64,000 nucleotides of DNA from Jhaorihella sp. (GTDB lineage Bacteria; Pseudomonadota; Alphaproteobacteria; Rhodobacterales; Rhodobacteraceae): the NCBI GenBank assembly GCA_047975215.1, contig JBKEDD010000042.1:21946-85945 (forward strand), read 5' to 3'. The number at the start of each line of letters is the position of its first letter. Positions within the stretch are counted from its first letter, which is position 1. A program made the translations under genes and the position numbers. The notes under the pieces were generated by a model that saw only the letters and a list, made by a program, of their open reading frames with translations, was not told the origin of the DNA and did not search any database. Shown in pieces: positions 28,876 to 37,985 of the stretch.

Positions 28876-29645
28876 TGAGCATCGCAGCGATCCGCGACAC
28901 GGCGACCGCAATCGCCAGATCAGCCGGAGAGGTGGCCATGGCGCATTTCCGCACGCCGCTGCAGATCGACGCCAAGGCCGACGAAAGCCCGGTGACGCGC
29001 GCCGACCGCGAGACCGAGGCGCATATCCGCGCCGCCCTGGCCCGCGAATTTCCCGGCCACGGGATCCTGGGCGAGGAATATGGCGTCAGCGGGTCGCTGG
29101 AGGGCGATACCTGGGTGATCGACCCGATCGACGGCACCCGTTCGTTTATCACCGGCAATCCGCTGTTCGGGCTGCTGATGGCCTATCTTTCGGGCGGCGT
29201 GCCGCGCCTGGGGCTGGTCCATATGCCGGCACTGGGGGAAACCTATATTGGCGCAAGCGGCCTGGGGGCGGCGCGCAACGGTGTGCGCATCCGCTGCCGG
29301 GATACGGCGTCGCTCGATCATGCTTCGGTCTACATCAACGAAGCCGAGCGGGTGCGCACCATGGACGGCCCGCTGTTTGACCGGTTGTGCGGCATCGGCC
29401 GGACCCGGCGAATGAGCTATGACTGCTACCCCTATGCGCTGCTGGCGTCGGGCCAGATCGACGCGGTGGTCGATTGCGGGCTTGAGCCTTACGACTATCT
29501 GCCGCTGGTCGGTCTGATCGAGGCCGCGGGCGGGGTCATCACCGACTGGCAGGGCGGGGCGCTGACCCTGCGTTCCGACGGACGCGTAGCCGCGGCGGCG
29601 ACAAGGGCGCTGCACGGGGCGCTGCTTGAGGTTCTTGGCGGCTGA
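28875..29645 (+). CDS. Inositol-monophosphatase-family phosphatase (HisN-like)
   Basis: Motifs LGEE and WVIDPIDGTRSF. TGATG overlaps the DeoR stop. Confidence 0.75.
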   Translation: MSIAAIRDTATAIARSAGEVAMAHFRTPLQIDAKADESPVTRADRETEAHIRAALAREFPGHGILGEEYGVSGSLEGDTWVIDPIDGTRSFITGNPLFGLLMAYLSGGVPRLGLVHMPALGETYIGASGLGAARNGVRIRCRDTASLDHASVYINEAERVRTMDGPLFDRLCGIGRTRRMSYDCYPYALLASGQIDAVVDCGLEPYDYLPLVGLIEAAGGVITDWQGGALTLRSDGRVAAAATRALHGALLEVLGG

Positions 29646-29687
29646 TCTCCGGCGTGTCTGCGGCCGTGGCACGGTTTGCCCGGCCCC

Positions 29688-30617
29688 TCACCCCGCCCTG
29701 ACGGCGGCGACGTGGCCTGCAAAGGCGGGATCGTTCATCAACGCCTTGCAGCGGTCGAATCGTGTCGTGGCGTAGGCCCAGAAATCCTCGGCCGGGTTGG
29801 CATCGGCGTGCTGGATCAGGCCCCAGAGCGTCCAGAGCAGATCGCACATCGCCTTGTAGATCACCACGCGCCCGGTTTCGGCCGGGTCGGGTTCGCGCCC
29901 GAAATAACCGCGCAGCAGCTCGGCTTCGGCGGTGGCGTCCATGCCCGCCTCGACCGACAGGTCGCCCACGTCCCACAAGGGATCGTTCATGCCGGAATAT
30001 TCCCAATCGACGATCCACATGGTCTTGCCGTCATCCAGGAAATTCTCGCACAAGGGGTCGCAATGGCAGGGCGCAAGCGGGGCCGGATTGGTCGCCAGCG
30101 CCTCTTTCACCGGCTCGGCGGCGCGAACGATGTCGTGATAGCCCTGCGGAAGGGTCGCGTCCTTGCCCGAGAGAAGATCAAGATAGTTTTCGATCATCGA
30201 AAACAGCTCGAACCGGAAGTCGAAGGTTTCGCCCGACGCGTGCAGCCGCGCCAGCGCCCGCCCGGCGCGGCCCGCAGCGCCGGGCCGCGCGGCAAACAGA
30301 TCCGGCGTCATGGTCACGATCCCGTCGATGGCGCGCGTTATCATGACGCCCTGGGCGGCGTTGGCCCACAGCACCTCGGGCGATACCCCGGCGCGGTGGG
30401 CGGCCTGCGCATTGGCCAGTTCGACGGCGCGGTCGATATAGGTTTCGGTGCCCTCGCCGGGGATGCGCACGACCACCCGATGCTGGCCGGTATCGACCAT
30501 GTGCACCAGATTGGTCAGCCCGCCGAACCGTGTCACCGTGCAATTGTTGCGCGCGACGCCCTCGAATCCGGGCGCGTTGCGCAATGCGGCGAGAACGGTA
30601 TCGGTGTGCTCGGACAT
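29688..30617 (-). CDS. Choline/ethanolamine-kinase-fold phosphotransferase (APH superfamily), copy 2
   Basis: 309 aa. HCDPLCENFL and IVDWEYSGMNDP motifs. Strong AAGGAGGG SD overlaps the upstream dehydrogenase stop. Confidence 0.75.
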   Translation of the reverse strand: MSEHTDTVLAALRNAPGFEGVARNNCTVTRFGGLTNLVHMVDTGQHRVVVRIPGEGTETYIDRAVELANAQAAHRAGVSPEVLWANAAQGVMITRAIDGIVTMTPDLFAARPGAAGRAGRALARLHASGETFDFRFELFSMIENYLDLLSGKDATLPQGYHDIVRAAEPVKEALATNPAPLAPCHCDPLCENFLDDGKTMWIVDWEYSGMNDPLWDVGDLSVEAGMDATAEAELLRGYFGREPDPAETGRVVIYKAMCDLLWTLWGLIQHADANPAEDFWAYATTRFDRCKALMNDPAFAGHVAAVRAG

Positions 30618-30627
30618 GTGCCCTCCT

Positions 30628-33051
30628 TCAGGATTTCAGCCGTTGGTTCTGCGGGTCGTAAAGCGGGCCCTCGACGCGGGTCACGGGGTGGCGTTCGCCG
30701 AATACCTCGATCTCGAAATCGCCCTCGTCCCAGTATTGGCGGTCAAGATAGCCCAGCACGATGGTCTGCCCGACGGTGTGGCCAAAGCCCGCCGACGCGG
30801 CCAGCGACACCACCGCGCCATCCTTCAGGATGGTTTCGCCGCCGAACAGCGGCAGGCTTGCGGGCGTGACAAAGGTGCAAAGCCGCCGCGCCGGGCCTTG
30901 TGCCTTCTGCGCCTCCAGCACGCTGCGGCCGATGAAATCGCCCCCCGATCGCAGATGCACGCGAAAGCCCAGCCCCGCCTCGATCGGCGTGTAATCGGGC
31001 GAGATGTCGGCCGACCAGTAGAGATAGCCCTTTTCGAGCCGCAGCGAATCGATGGCGCGATAGCCGACATCGCGGATGCCGGCGCCTTGCCCGGCCCCGT
31101 GCAGCAGGTGGTAGACATGGGCGCCGAATTCGGTGGGCACATGCAATTCCCAGCCCAGTTCGCCGACGTATCCGATGCGCACCGCGCGCACCGGCGCGCA
31201 GCCGATGGTGATCTCGCGCGCCGTGGCGAAGGGAAAGGCGGCGTTCGATACATCTTCTTCGCAGACCGCGGCCAAAACTTCGCGCGCTTTCGGACCGCAC
31301 AGGTTGATGACCGCCCGCGCCGATGTGACCTCGATCAGATGCACGCTGCCATCTTTGGGCATGTGCCGCCTTATCCAGTCGGAATCATGGGTGCCGAAAC
31401 CCGCTCCGGTGACGAGGTAGAAATGTTGCGCGCCCAGCCGCGTTATCGTCACGTCGCATTCGATCCCGCCGTTTTCGTTGCACAGTTGCGCATAGATCAC
31501 CGATCCGGCGGGCCGGTCCATGTTGCAGGCCGCCAGCCGTTGCAGCAGCGCCAGCGCGCCGGGGCCGACGATTTCGAACTTGGCGAAACTGGTCTGGTCG
31601 ATCAGCGCCGCGCCTTCGCGCACGGCGCGGTGTTCGGCAGCGGCAAACTCGTGCCAGCCGGGATCGACAAAGCCCAGCCGGTCCTCGGCCGGAACGCCCT
31701 TGGGGGCGAACCACAACGGCCGTTCCCAGCCGTTCTTTGACCCCATGACCGCGCCGCGTTCCTTCAGGATCGCGTGCAGGGGCGAGAGGCGCAGATCGCG
31801 CGCACTTTCATATTCCTGGCCGGGATAGCGCATCTTGTAGTGATAGGCGTAATGCTCGACGGCGCGCGGATACATGAAGGCGCGGCTGCCGTGATGGGGG
31901 CCGAAACGGCGCACGTCCAGCGGCCACAGGTCAAGCCCGGGGCGGCCCCGGGTGATCCATTCCGCGATCATCTCGCCCGCGCCACCACCGGCGGCGATGC
32001 CGTAAAGGAACCCGGTCGCCAGCATCAGGTTGTCAAAGCCCGGCGCCCAGCCCATCACGAAATCGCCATCGGCCGAATAGGGGATCGGGCCGTTAATGAC
32101 CTGCCTTATGCCGACCTCGTTCAGCACCGGCGTTACCTGTGCCGCCAGTTCGGCCAGCGGCGCGAACCGTTCCATGTTGTCGGGCAGAAGCTGGCGGGCG
32201 AAATCGCCCGGGATGCCGCGCTCGCCAAAGGCGCGGGTGTCGTCCTCGTACCCGCCCAGCACCAGCCGCCCGCCGGCGTCGGGCTTGTAATAGACCAGCC
32301 GTTCGGGATCGCGCAGCGTCGGCAGGGTGCGCACCAGGTCGGGGTCGGGCAGGGGTTCTGTCACGATATACTGGTGTTCGACCGCGCAGGCCGGAACCCT
32401 GAGGCCCAGCTTCGCGCCCAGTTCGCGGCTCCACATGCCGGCGGCCAGAACAACGGTTTCGGCCTCCCAGTCGCCGTCGTCGGTCATCACCCGTGCGATG
32501 CGCCCGTCGCGCACGTCGAAATCCGTGACCCGCGCACCCTGGCGAATTTGCGCGCCGTGCAGCCGCGCGCCGGCGGCCAGCGCCTGGCACAACCCCGCCG
32601 GATCGACATGGCCGTCCGAGGGGATGAAGGCGGCGCCGGCAAGGCCGGTCGCGTCGATATAGGGAAACAGCGCCTTGGCCTCGGCGGCCGAGATCACCTG
32701 CATCTCAAGCCCGAAACTGCGCGCCATCGTGGCCAGGCGTTTCGCTTCGAGCAGCCGTTCGGGCGTGGCGGCCAGCCGCAGGCTTCCGACCTTTCTCCAG
32801 TCGAAATCAAGCCCGGTTTCCGGCCCCAGCCGGTCATAGAGCGCCACCGAGCGTTGCAGCATCCGCGTGGTGTTGCGCGAGGATCGCAACTGTCCCACCA
32901 GCCCGGCGGCGTGCCAGGTCGCGCCTTCGGTCAGTGCCGATTTCTCCAGCAGCACAACATCGGATTCGCCGTTGCGTGCCAGATGATAGGCGGTGGCGCA
33001 GCCGATGATGCCGCCGCCGATGATCAGATGCCGCGCGCTGTGGGTGGTCAT
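30628..33051 (-). CDS. FAD-dependent N-demethylating dehydrogenase with GcvT/folate domain, copy 2
   Basis: ATG start MTTHSARHLIIGGGIIGCATAYHL; the track starts at GTG 33078. 807 aa. Clear paralogue of 20421-22865. Confidence 0.85.
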   Translation of the reverse strand: MTTHSARHLIIGGGIIGCATAYHLARNGESDVVLLEKSALTEGATWHAAGLVGQLRSSRNTTRMLQRSVALYDRLGPETGLDFDWRKVGSLRLAATPERLLEAKRLATMARSFGLEMQVISAAEAKALFPYIDATGLAGAAFIPSDGHVDPAGLCQALAAGARLHGAQIRQGARVTDFDVRDGRIARVMTDDGDWEAETVVLAAGMWSRELGAKLGLRVPACAVEHQYIVTEPLPDPDLVRTLPTLRDPERLVYYKPDAGGRLVLGGYEDDTRAFGERGIPGDFARQLLPDNMERFAPLAELAAQVTPVLNEVGIRQVINGPIPYSADGDFVMGWAPGFDNLMLATGFLYGIAAGGGAGEMIAEWITRGRPGLDLWPLDVRRFGPHHGSRAFMYPRAVEHYAYHYKMRYPGQEYESARDLRLSPLHAILKERGAVMGSKNGWERPLWFAPKGVPAEDRLGFVDPGWHEFAAAEHRAVREGAALIDQTSFAKFEIVGPGALALLQRLAACNMDRPAGSVIYAQLCNENGGIECDVTITRLGAQHFYLVTGAGFGTHDSDWIRRHMPKDGSVHLIEVTSARAVINLCGPKAREVLAAVCEEDVSNAAFPFATAREITIGCAPVRAVRIGYVGELGWELHVPTEFGAHVYHLLHGAGQGAGIRDVGYRAIDSLRLEKGYLYWSADISPDYTPIEAGLGFRVHLRSGGDFIGRSVLEAQKAQGPARRLCTFVTPASLPLFGGETILKDGAVVSLAASAGFGHTVGQTIVLGYLDRQYWDEGDFEIEVFGERHPVTRVEGPLYDPQNQRLKS

Positions 33052-33107
33052 CGCCGTCGTCCCCCGGGAAATTGCCACTGGCTATTTCAGGTAGACTGAC
33101 AGAAACC

Positions 33108-33133
33108 CAACATTATGCCAAAAGAAATGTTGC
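33108..33133. promoter_or_regulatory. Inverted repeat CAACAT-N13-ATGTTGC upstream of dehydrogenase copy 2
   Basis: Read directly, 57-82 nt upstream of ATG 33051. Same core and spacing as 27983-28009. Confidence 0.5.
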
Positions 33134-33294
33134 TAAATGTGGGATTTCGCGGGGATTGGCGGATTCAATGTGGCTTTATCCGGAAGTTTTATGCGTGCCG
33201 CGTACTACGCCGGCCCTTTCGGACAGCCGCATCACCGCCCGGCGCGGCCCGCCCGGCGCGGCCCGGGGCGGGTGCCGCGCCGGGCTCGCCCCGC

Positions 33295-33705
33295 TCAGTC
33301 CAGCGATATCCGCCCCTTGCGGTCGTGGATGATGGCGTCGACTTCTATTTCGACCATCAGGCCGGGGGTGGTCAGGCCGGCCTCGACCCCGGTCAGGACC
33401 GGTTCGATGCCCTGGAACACCTCGCCGTGCCGGCGGATGAAACCGCCCGCATCGCGCATGTCGGTGACGAAGGCGCGGGTTCTGACCACATGGCGCATCT
33501 TGGCGCCGGCCTCTTTCAGCAGATCTTCGATCTTGTCGAAGATGAACACCGTCTGTTCATAGATGTCGAACGGGGCATAGACCTTGCCGTTGGACTGCAT
33601 GGAGGTCAGACCCGCGACGAACACGAAAGGGCCGACCCGCTTGACGCGGCTGTAGGATCCGGCTTTTTCGAACCGTCCGCCGCCTGATATGGTTTTTATC
33701 GTCAT
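33295..33705 (-). CDS. RidA/YjgF-family reactive-imine deaminase
   Basis: 136 aa. GPFVFVAG..R.FVTDM..pattern of the YjgF/RutC fold. Last gene of the operon. Confidence 0.8.
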   Translation of the reverse strand: MTIKTISGGGRFEKAGSYSRVKRVGPFVFVAGLTSMQSNGKVYAPFDIYEQTVFIFDKIEDLLKEAGAKMRHVVRTRAFVTDMRDAGGFIRRHGEVFQGIEPVLTGVEAGLTTPGLMVEIEVDAIIHDRKGRISLD

Positions 33706-33748
33706 GTGAAGTGCGAATGCCTTTCATGTTGATGAGCGCGTTGAAGTG

Positions 33749-35050
33749 TCAGCGGGCACGTGCCCTGTCGTCGCGCCGGTCCGCGATCCGGTAAAGCTGA
33801 TGCGCGAAGGGCAGGAACCACGGCGTCTTGCGGTACCAGAACCGGGTTTCCAGCGTGGTTTCGGTGAACGCCGTCGCGCCGGCCGGGTCGTCCATCATCA
33901 GCAGCGCCGCCTTGTGGCCCAGATAGGGTGCCATGGCGTTGCCGCTGCCGGAATAGCCCATCGCGTGCCAGATTCCGTCCAGCCGGCCGATATGGGGCAT
34001 GAACGAAAAGGTGAATCCGGTCTGGCCGGTCCAGCTGTGGGTGAGCTTCAGCGTTCTCGTTTGTGGAAAAATTTCTCCGAGCAACCCGTGCAGTACCCGG
34101 GCCGAGCGCGCGAGCGATACCCTGTTCATGGCCGCCCGCCCGCCCAGCACCAGCCGCCTGCCGTCCGGCGACAGCCGGAAATAGCAGTGCCGGTTGCGGG
34201 TTTCCACGCACATGCGCCGCCCCGGCATCAGGTCGTCGGCCATGCCCTCGGGCAGTTCCTCGGTCGCGATCAGAAAGCTCGACACCGGGATCATGCGGCG
34301 TTTCAGGTTCGGGAAATCCGGCGTGGTATAGCCGTTCGTGGCCATCAGTACCGCCGCGGCGCGGATTTCTCCCCTGGCGGTGGTCACAACGAATCCCGAA
34401 CCGGCGGGGCGAACATCGCGTACCGCCGTCTGCCCGAACACCCGTGCGCCGGCGCTTCGGGCGGCCTGCAATATGCCGGTCATGTACTTGCCCGGATGCA
34501 GGCCGCCGTGATCGTGCAGCAGCATGCCGCCGCTATACAGGCCCGATCCTATTTCCGCGCGCTGGCGTTCGGGGGGCACCATGTCGATATTGACCGCCAC
34601 CAGCTTGCGCAGATCGTCCAGCCCGCGGGCGGTTGCGTCGTATTCGGCCCGGTTCCACTGACCGCGGAACCGGCCATACTGGTGATAGTCGCACTCGATG
34701 CCTTCGTCGCGGATGCGCGACACCGCGAATGCAAGCGAATCGACATGCGATTCGACCAGCAGGCGCTGCGCGGTTTCCGCCCCGTATTTTTCAGCCATCT
34801 GTTCGGGCGACAAACGGTAGCCGCCGCCGATCATTCCGCCATTGCGCGTGCTTGCGCCCCAGCCCGGATCTTGTGCGTCAAGCGCGACCACGTCCTTGCC
34901 GGCCCGGGCCAGCGTCAGCGCCGCCGAGCAGCCGGTAAGCCCGGCCCCGACGATCACGACATCGCATTCGGCGGGTAGTTCGGGGGGCGGATCGGCGGGC
35001 CGGTCCCGGAACGGCGCGACGTCCTCCCACCAATAGGGATCGGGTTTCAT
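33749..35050 (-). CDS. FAD-dependent amine oxidoreductase (DAO fold, gamma-glutamylputrescine-oxidase-like)
   Basis: 433 aa. CDVVIVGAGLTGCSAAL dinucleotide-binding motif. Confidence 0.75.
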   Translation of the reverse strand: MKPDPYWWEDVAPFRDRPADPPPELPAECDVVIVGAGLTGCSAALTLARAGKDVVALDAQDPGWGASTRNGGMIGGGYRLSPEQMAEKYGAETAQRLLVESHVDSLAFAVSRIRDEGIECDYHQYGRFRGQWNRAEYDATARGLDDLRKLVAVNIDMVPPERQRAEIGSGLYSGGMLLHDHGGLHPGKYMTGILQAARSAGARVFGQTAVRDVRPAGSGFVVTTARGEIRAAAVLMATNGYTTPDFPNLKRRMIPVSSFLIATEELPEGMADDLMPGRRMCVETRNRHCYFRLSPDGRRLVLGGRAAMNRVSLARSARVLHGLLGEIFPQTRTLKLTHSWTGQTGFTFSFMPHIGRLDGIWHAMGYSGSGNAMAPYLGHKAALLMMDDPAGATAFTETTLETRFWYRKTPWFLPFAHQLYRIADRRDDRARAR

Positions 35051-35091
35051 GATGGTCCTGTCACTATATGCCGGCCGGGCCGGCTTCGGCT

Positions 35092-36501
35092 CTACTTGGC
35101 AATGCTCATGACCTGTATCTGGGTGTACTCATCCAGCCCTTCCTGGGATTGCTCGACACCCAGGCCCGAGGACTTGAACCCGGCCATTGGAATGTGCGGC
35201 CCGATATTGACGCACTGGTTCACCCAGACTGTGCCGCTCTGGATTTTCGACGCAATCTTGGTTGCCTTGCGTTCATCCCTGGACCAGACCGAACCGCCAA
35301 GCCCGTAATCCAGACCGTTGGCCTTTCTGGTGACGGATTTGGCGCTGGAGAACTTGATCACCGGCAGGATCGGGCCGAACTGTTCGAGATCGACGATATC
35401 GTCGCCATCCTTGACGTCGCGCACGATCACGGGGTTGACGAAATAGCCCTTCCGGCCCTTGACGACGCCGCCGCACAGGACCTTGCCATCCTTCTTGGCG
35501 CTCTTGATCAGGGCCTTGACCTTCTGGTACTGCGCCTTGTTCTGGATCGGGCCCATGGTCGCGCCCTGATGCATCCCGTCATCGACCACGGCCTGTTTGG
35601 CCAGCCGGACCAGTTCGTCGCAGAATTCGTCATGAATGTCCTTGTGGACATAGACCCGCTTGACCGCCATGCAGACCTGCCCGGCATTCATGAAGGCGCC
35701 GTTGAATATCTTGGCGGCGGTATCCTTCACATCCACGTCGGGCAGGATGATGGCCGGATCGTTGCCGCCCAGTTCGAGCGTCAGGCGCTTCACAGTGCCG
35801 GCCGCCGACGCCATGATCTTCTTGCCGGTCTCGGTCGAGCCGGTAAAGCTGACCTTGGCGACATCGGGGTGACTTGTCAGCACCTCGCCCAGGTCGTTTT
35901 CGTCCGTCACAGCGTTGATGACCCCGGCGGGAACGAAATCGTTGCACAGTTCCAGTATCCTGAGGATGGTCAGCGGCGTCGTCGGGGCGGGCTTGAGGAC
36001 GATGGTGTTGCCGGCCACCAGCGCCGGGCCGATCTTCCAGAACGGTACCAGCACGGGAAAGTTCCAGGGGCAGATGCCGGCCACCACGCCCAGCGGCACA
36101 CGACGAACCTCGATCTGGAAGGTTTCGTCGTCCTGTACCGTCCGGCCCCGTGGCTCAAGCGTCGCGTAGTGGCGCAGATAGCCTTCGGTCCAGGCCATTT
36201 CGCCCATCGATTCCGGCAGCGGCTTGCCCTGTTCCTTGGTCATCAACCGGGCCAGCATCTCGGCGTTGTTGGCGATCACGTCGGCGATTTTCGCCACGAC
36301 CGCCTGACGCTCGGACAGCGGTGTGGCGGCCCAGTCCGGAAATGCCGCCTTGGCCGCGGCGACCGCGTTGTCGATATCCTTGGGCGTGCCCTTGGGTACC
36401 CTCGCGAAGGTTTTTTCATCGGCCGGGTTGATAACGGCGATGGTCTTGCCCTTGGTGTCCTTTCCGACGAGTTTGCCGCCGATGAGCATTTTCTGAAACA
36501 T
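35092..36501 (-). CDS. NAD(P)-dependent aldehyde dehydrogenase
   Basis: 469 aa. CPWNFP, LELGGND and GQVCMAVKR catalytic Cys. AGGAGAG SD. Lys-rich compared with its neighbours. Confidence 0.85.
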   Translation of the reverse strand: MFQKMLIGGKLVGKDTKGKTIAVINPADEKTFARVPKGTPKDIDNAVAAAKAAFPDWAATPLSERQAVVAKIADVIANNAEMLARLMTKEQGKPLPESMGEMAWTEGYLRHYATLEPRGRTVQDDETFQIEVRRVPLGVVAGICPWNFPVLVPFWKIGPALVAGNTIVLKPAPTTPLTILRILELCNDFVPAGVINAVTDENDLGEVLTSHPDVAKVSFTGSTETGKKIMASAAGTVKRLTLELGGNDPAIILPDVDVKDTAAKIFNGAFMNAGQVCMAVKRVYVHKDIHDEFCDELVRLAKQAVVDDGMHQGATMGPIQNKAQYQKVKALIKSAKKDGKVLCGGVVKGRKGYFVNPVIVRDVKDGDDIVDLEQFGPILPVIKFSSAKSVTRKANGLDYGLGGSVWSRDERKATKIASKIQSGTVWVNQCVNIGPHIPMAGFKSSGLGVEQSQEGLDEYTQIQVMSIAK

Positions 36502-36545
36502 GTTTCTCTCCTGTTGGTGTCGCCATGCGGCGGCGCGGCCCCTTG

Positions 36546-37985
36546 TCAGGCCTTTCGCGCGGTGTTCCAGTCGAACGGGCGGTCGATTCCGGCCATCTTG
36601 ACGCCGGTAAATGCCGATGCCTCGAAGGACAGCGCCCGCAGATCCTCGGTTTCCAGGTTGTGCACCGAGGACTTGCCGCAGGCCTTGGCCAGCGCGGTGA
36701 TTTCCATCGTCATGGCGGTCAGGAACCGCGCCACGCGCTCGGCGCCGGCGGCGACGCTCATGCGCTTTTCAAGCTCCGCGTCCTGGGTCGCGATCCCCAT
36801 CGGGCACAGGCCCGTGTGGCAGTGATGGCAGGCCCCCGGGCTGGTCCCAAGCTTCTGGTAATCCTCCAGATATTGCGGTGCGTTGCAGCCAAGCGCAATC
36901 ATCGCGGCGTTGCCGATCATCACCGCATCGGCGCCCAGGGCAAGCGCCTTGGCGACATCGGTGCCGGTGCGGATGCCGCCCGCCGCGACCAGCGTCACCT
37001 TGCCCGTCATGCCGGCCTCGTCCAGCGCCTCGCGGGCCGCCGGGATCGCCGACATGGTCGGGATGCCGGTATGATTGAGAAGCATTTCCGGCGATGCTCC
37101 GGTGCCGCCCTCGGCGCCGTCGACAACCACGACATCGGCGCCCGCCTTGGCGGCGACGGCCACGTCGAACCGCGGCCGGGTCGCGCCCATCTTGATGAAG
37201 ATCGGCACCTGATAGTTGGTCGCGATGCGCAATTCCTCGATCTTGACGGCAAGGTCGTCGGCGCCCAGCCAGTCCGGATGGCGGATGGTGGAGCGTTGAT
37301 CGACGCCTTCGGGCAGGGTGCGCATCTTCGAGATTCGCGGGCTGACCTTCATGCCCAGCAACAACCCGCCGGTGCCCGGCTTGGCGCCTTGCCCGACCAC
37401 CAGTTCCAGCCCATCGGCACGGCGCAGATGGTCCAGATCGAGGCCGTAGCGCGCCGGGCTCATCTGATAGACCAGTTTTTTCGAGGCGGCGCGCTCTTCC
37501 TCCAGCATCCCGCCTTCGCCGGTGCAGGTCATGCTACCCGCTTTCGAGGCGCCGTGACCCAGCGATTCCTTGGCATTGGCCGACAGCGCGCCGAACGACA
37601 TCGAGGCGATGTAGATCGGGATATCAAGTTCGATCGGCTTTTCGACCAGCCCGCGGCCGCCGCCCAGAACCGTCCTGGTCTCGCATTTCTCGCGATAGCC
37701 TTCCAGCGGCAGGCGCGTCATCGTCGCGGGCACGAAGGTCAGGTCGTCGAATGTCGGCAGCCGCTTGTTGAAGCTGTTCCAGCCCCGCACCTGATAGCGG
37801 CCAAGCTGGGCCAGCGCGTGAACTTCCGATATCGCCTCGGGGGTCCAGCGCGTCGATCCGCCCCTGTCGTAGGACGCGGGAACCCCGGCCGGGCGGCCCT
37901 CTATCGCGGCCTCGCCGAAGGCAACCTGTTCCTCGGTCGCTTCCTCGAACGGATAGACATAGGGGGGTTTTATATCATCAGCCAT
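36546..37985 (-). CDS. Glutamate-synthase FMN/Fe-S domain protein (GltB2 / N-methylglutamate synthase subunit C-like)
   Basis: 479 aa. GEGGM, GAKPGTGG and CHTGLCP motifs. Overlaps the upstream gene by 16 nt. Confidence 0.8.
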   Translation of the reverse strand: MADDIKPPYVYPFEEATEEQVAFGEAAIEGRPAGVPASYDRGGSTRWTPEAISEVHALAQLGRYQVRGWNSFNKRLPTFDDLTFVPATMTRLPLEGYREKCETRTVLGGGRGLVEKPIELDIPIYIASMSFGALSANAKESLGHGASKAGSMTCTGEGGMLEEERAASKKLVYQMSPARYGLDLDHLRRADGLELVVGQGAKPGTGGLLLGMKVSPRISKMRTLPEGVDQRSTIRHPDWLGADDLAVKIEELRIATNYQVPIFIKMGATRPRFDVAVAAKAGADVVVVDGAEGGTGASPEMLLNHTGIPTMSAIPAAREALDEAGMTGKVTLVAAGGIRTGTDVAKALALGADAVMIGNAAMIALGCNAPQYLEDYQKLGTSPGACHHCHTGLCPMGIATQDAELEKRMSVAAGAERVARFLTAMTMEITALAKACGKSSVHNLETEDLRALSFEASAFTGVKMAGIDRPFDWNTARKA

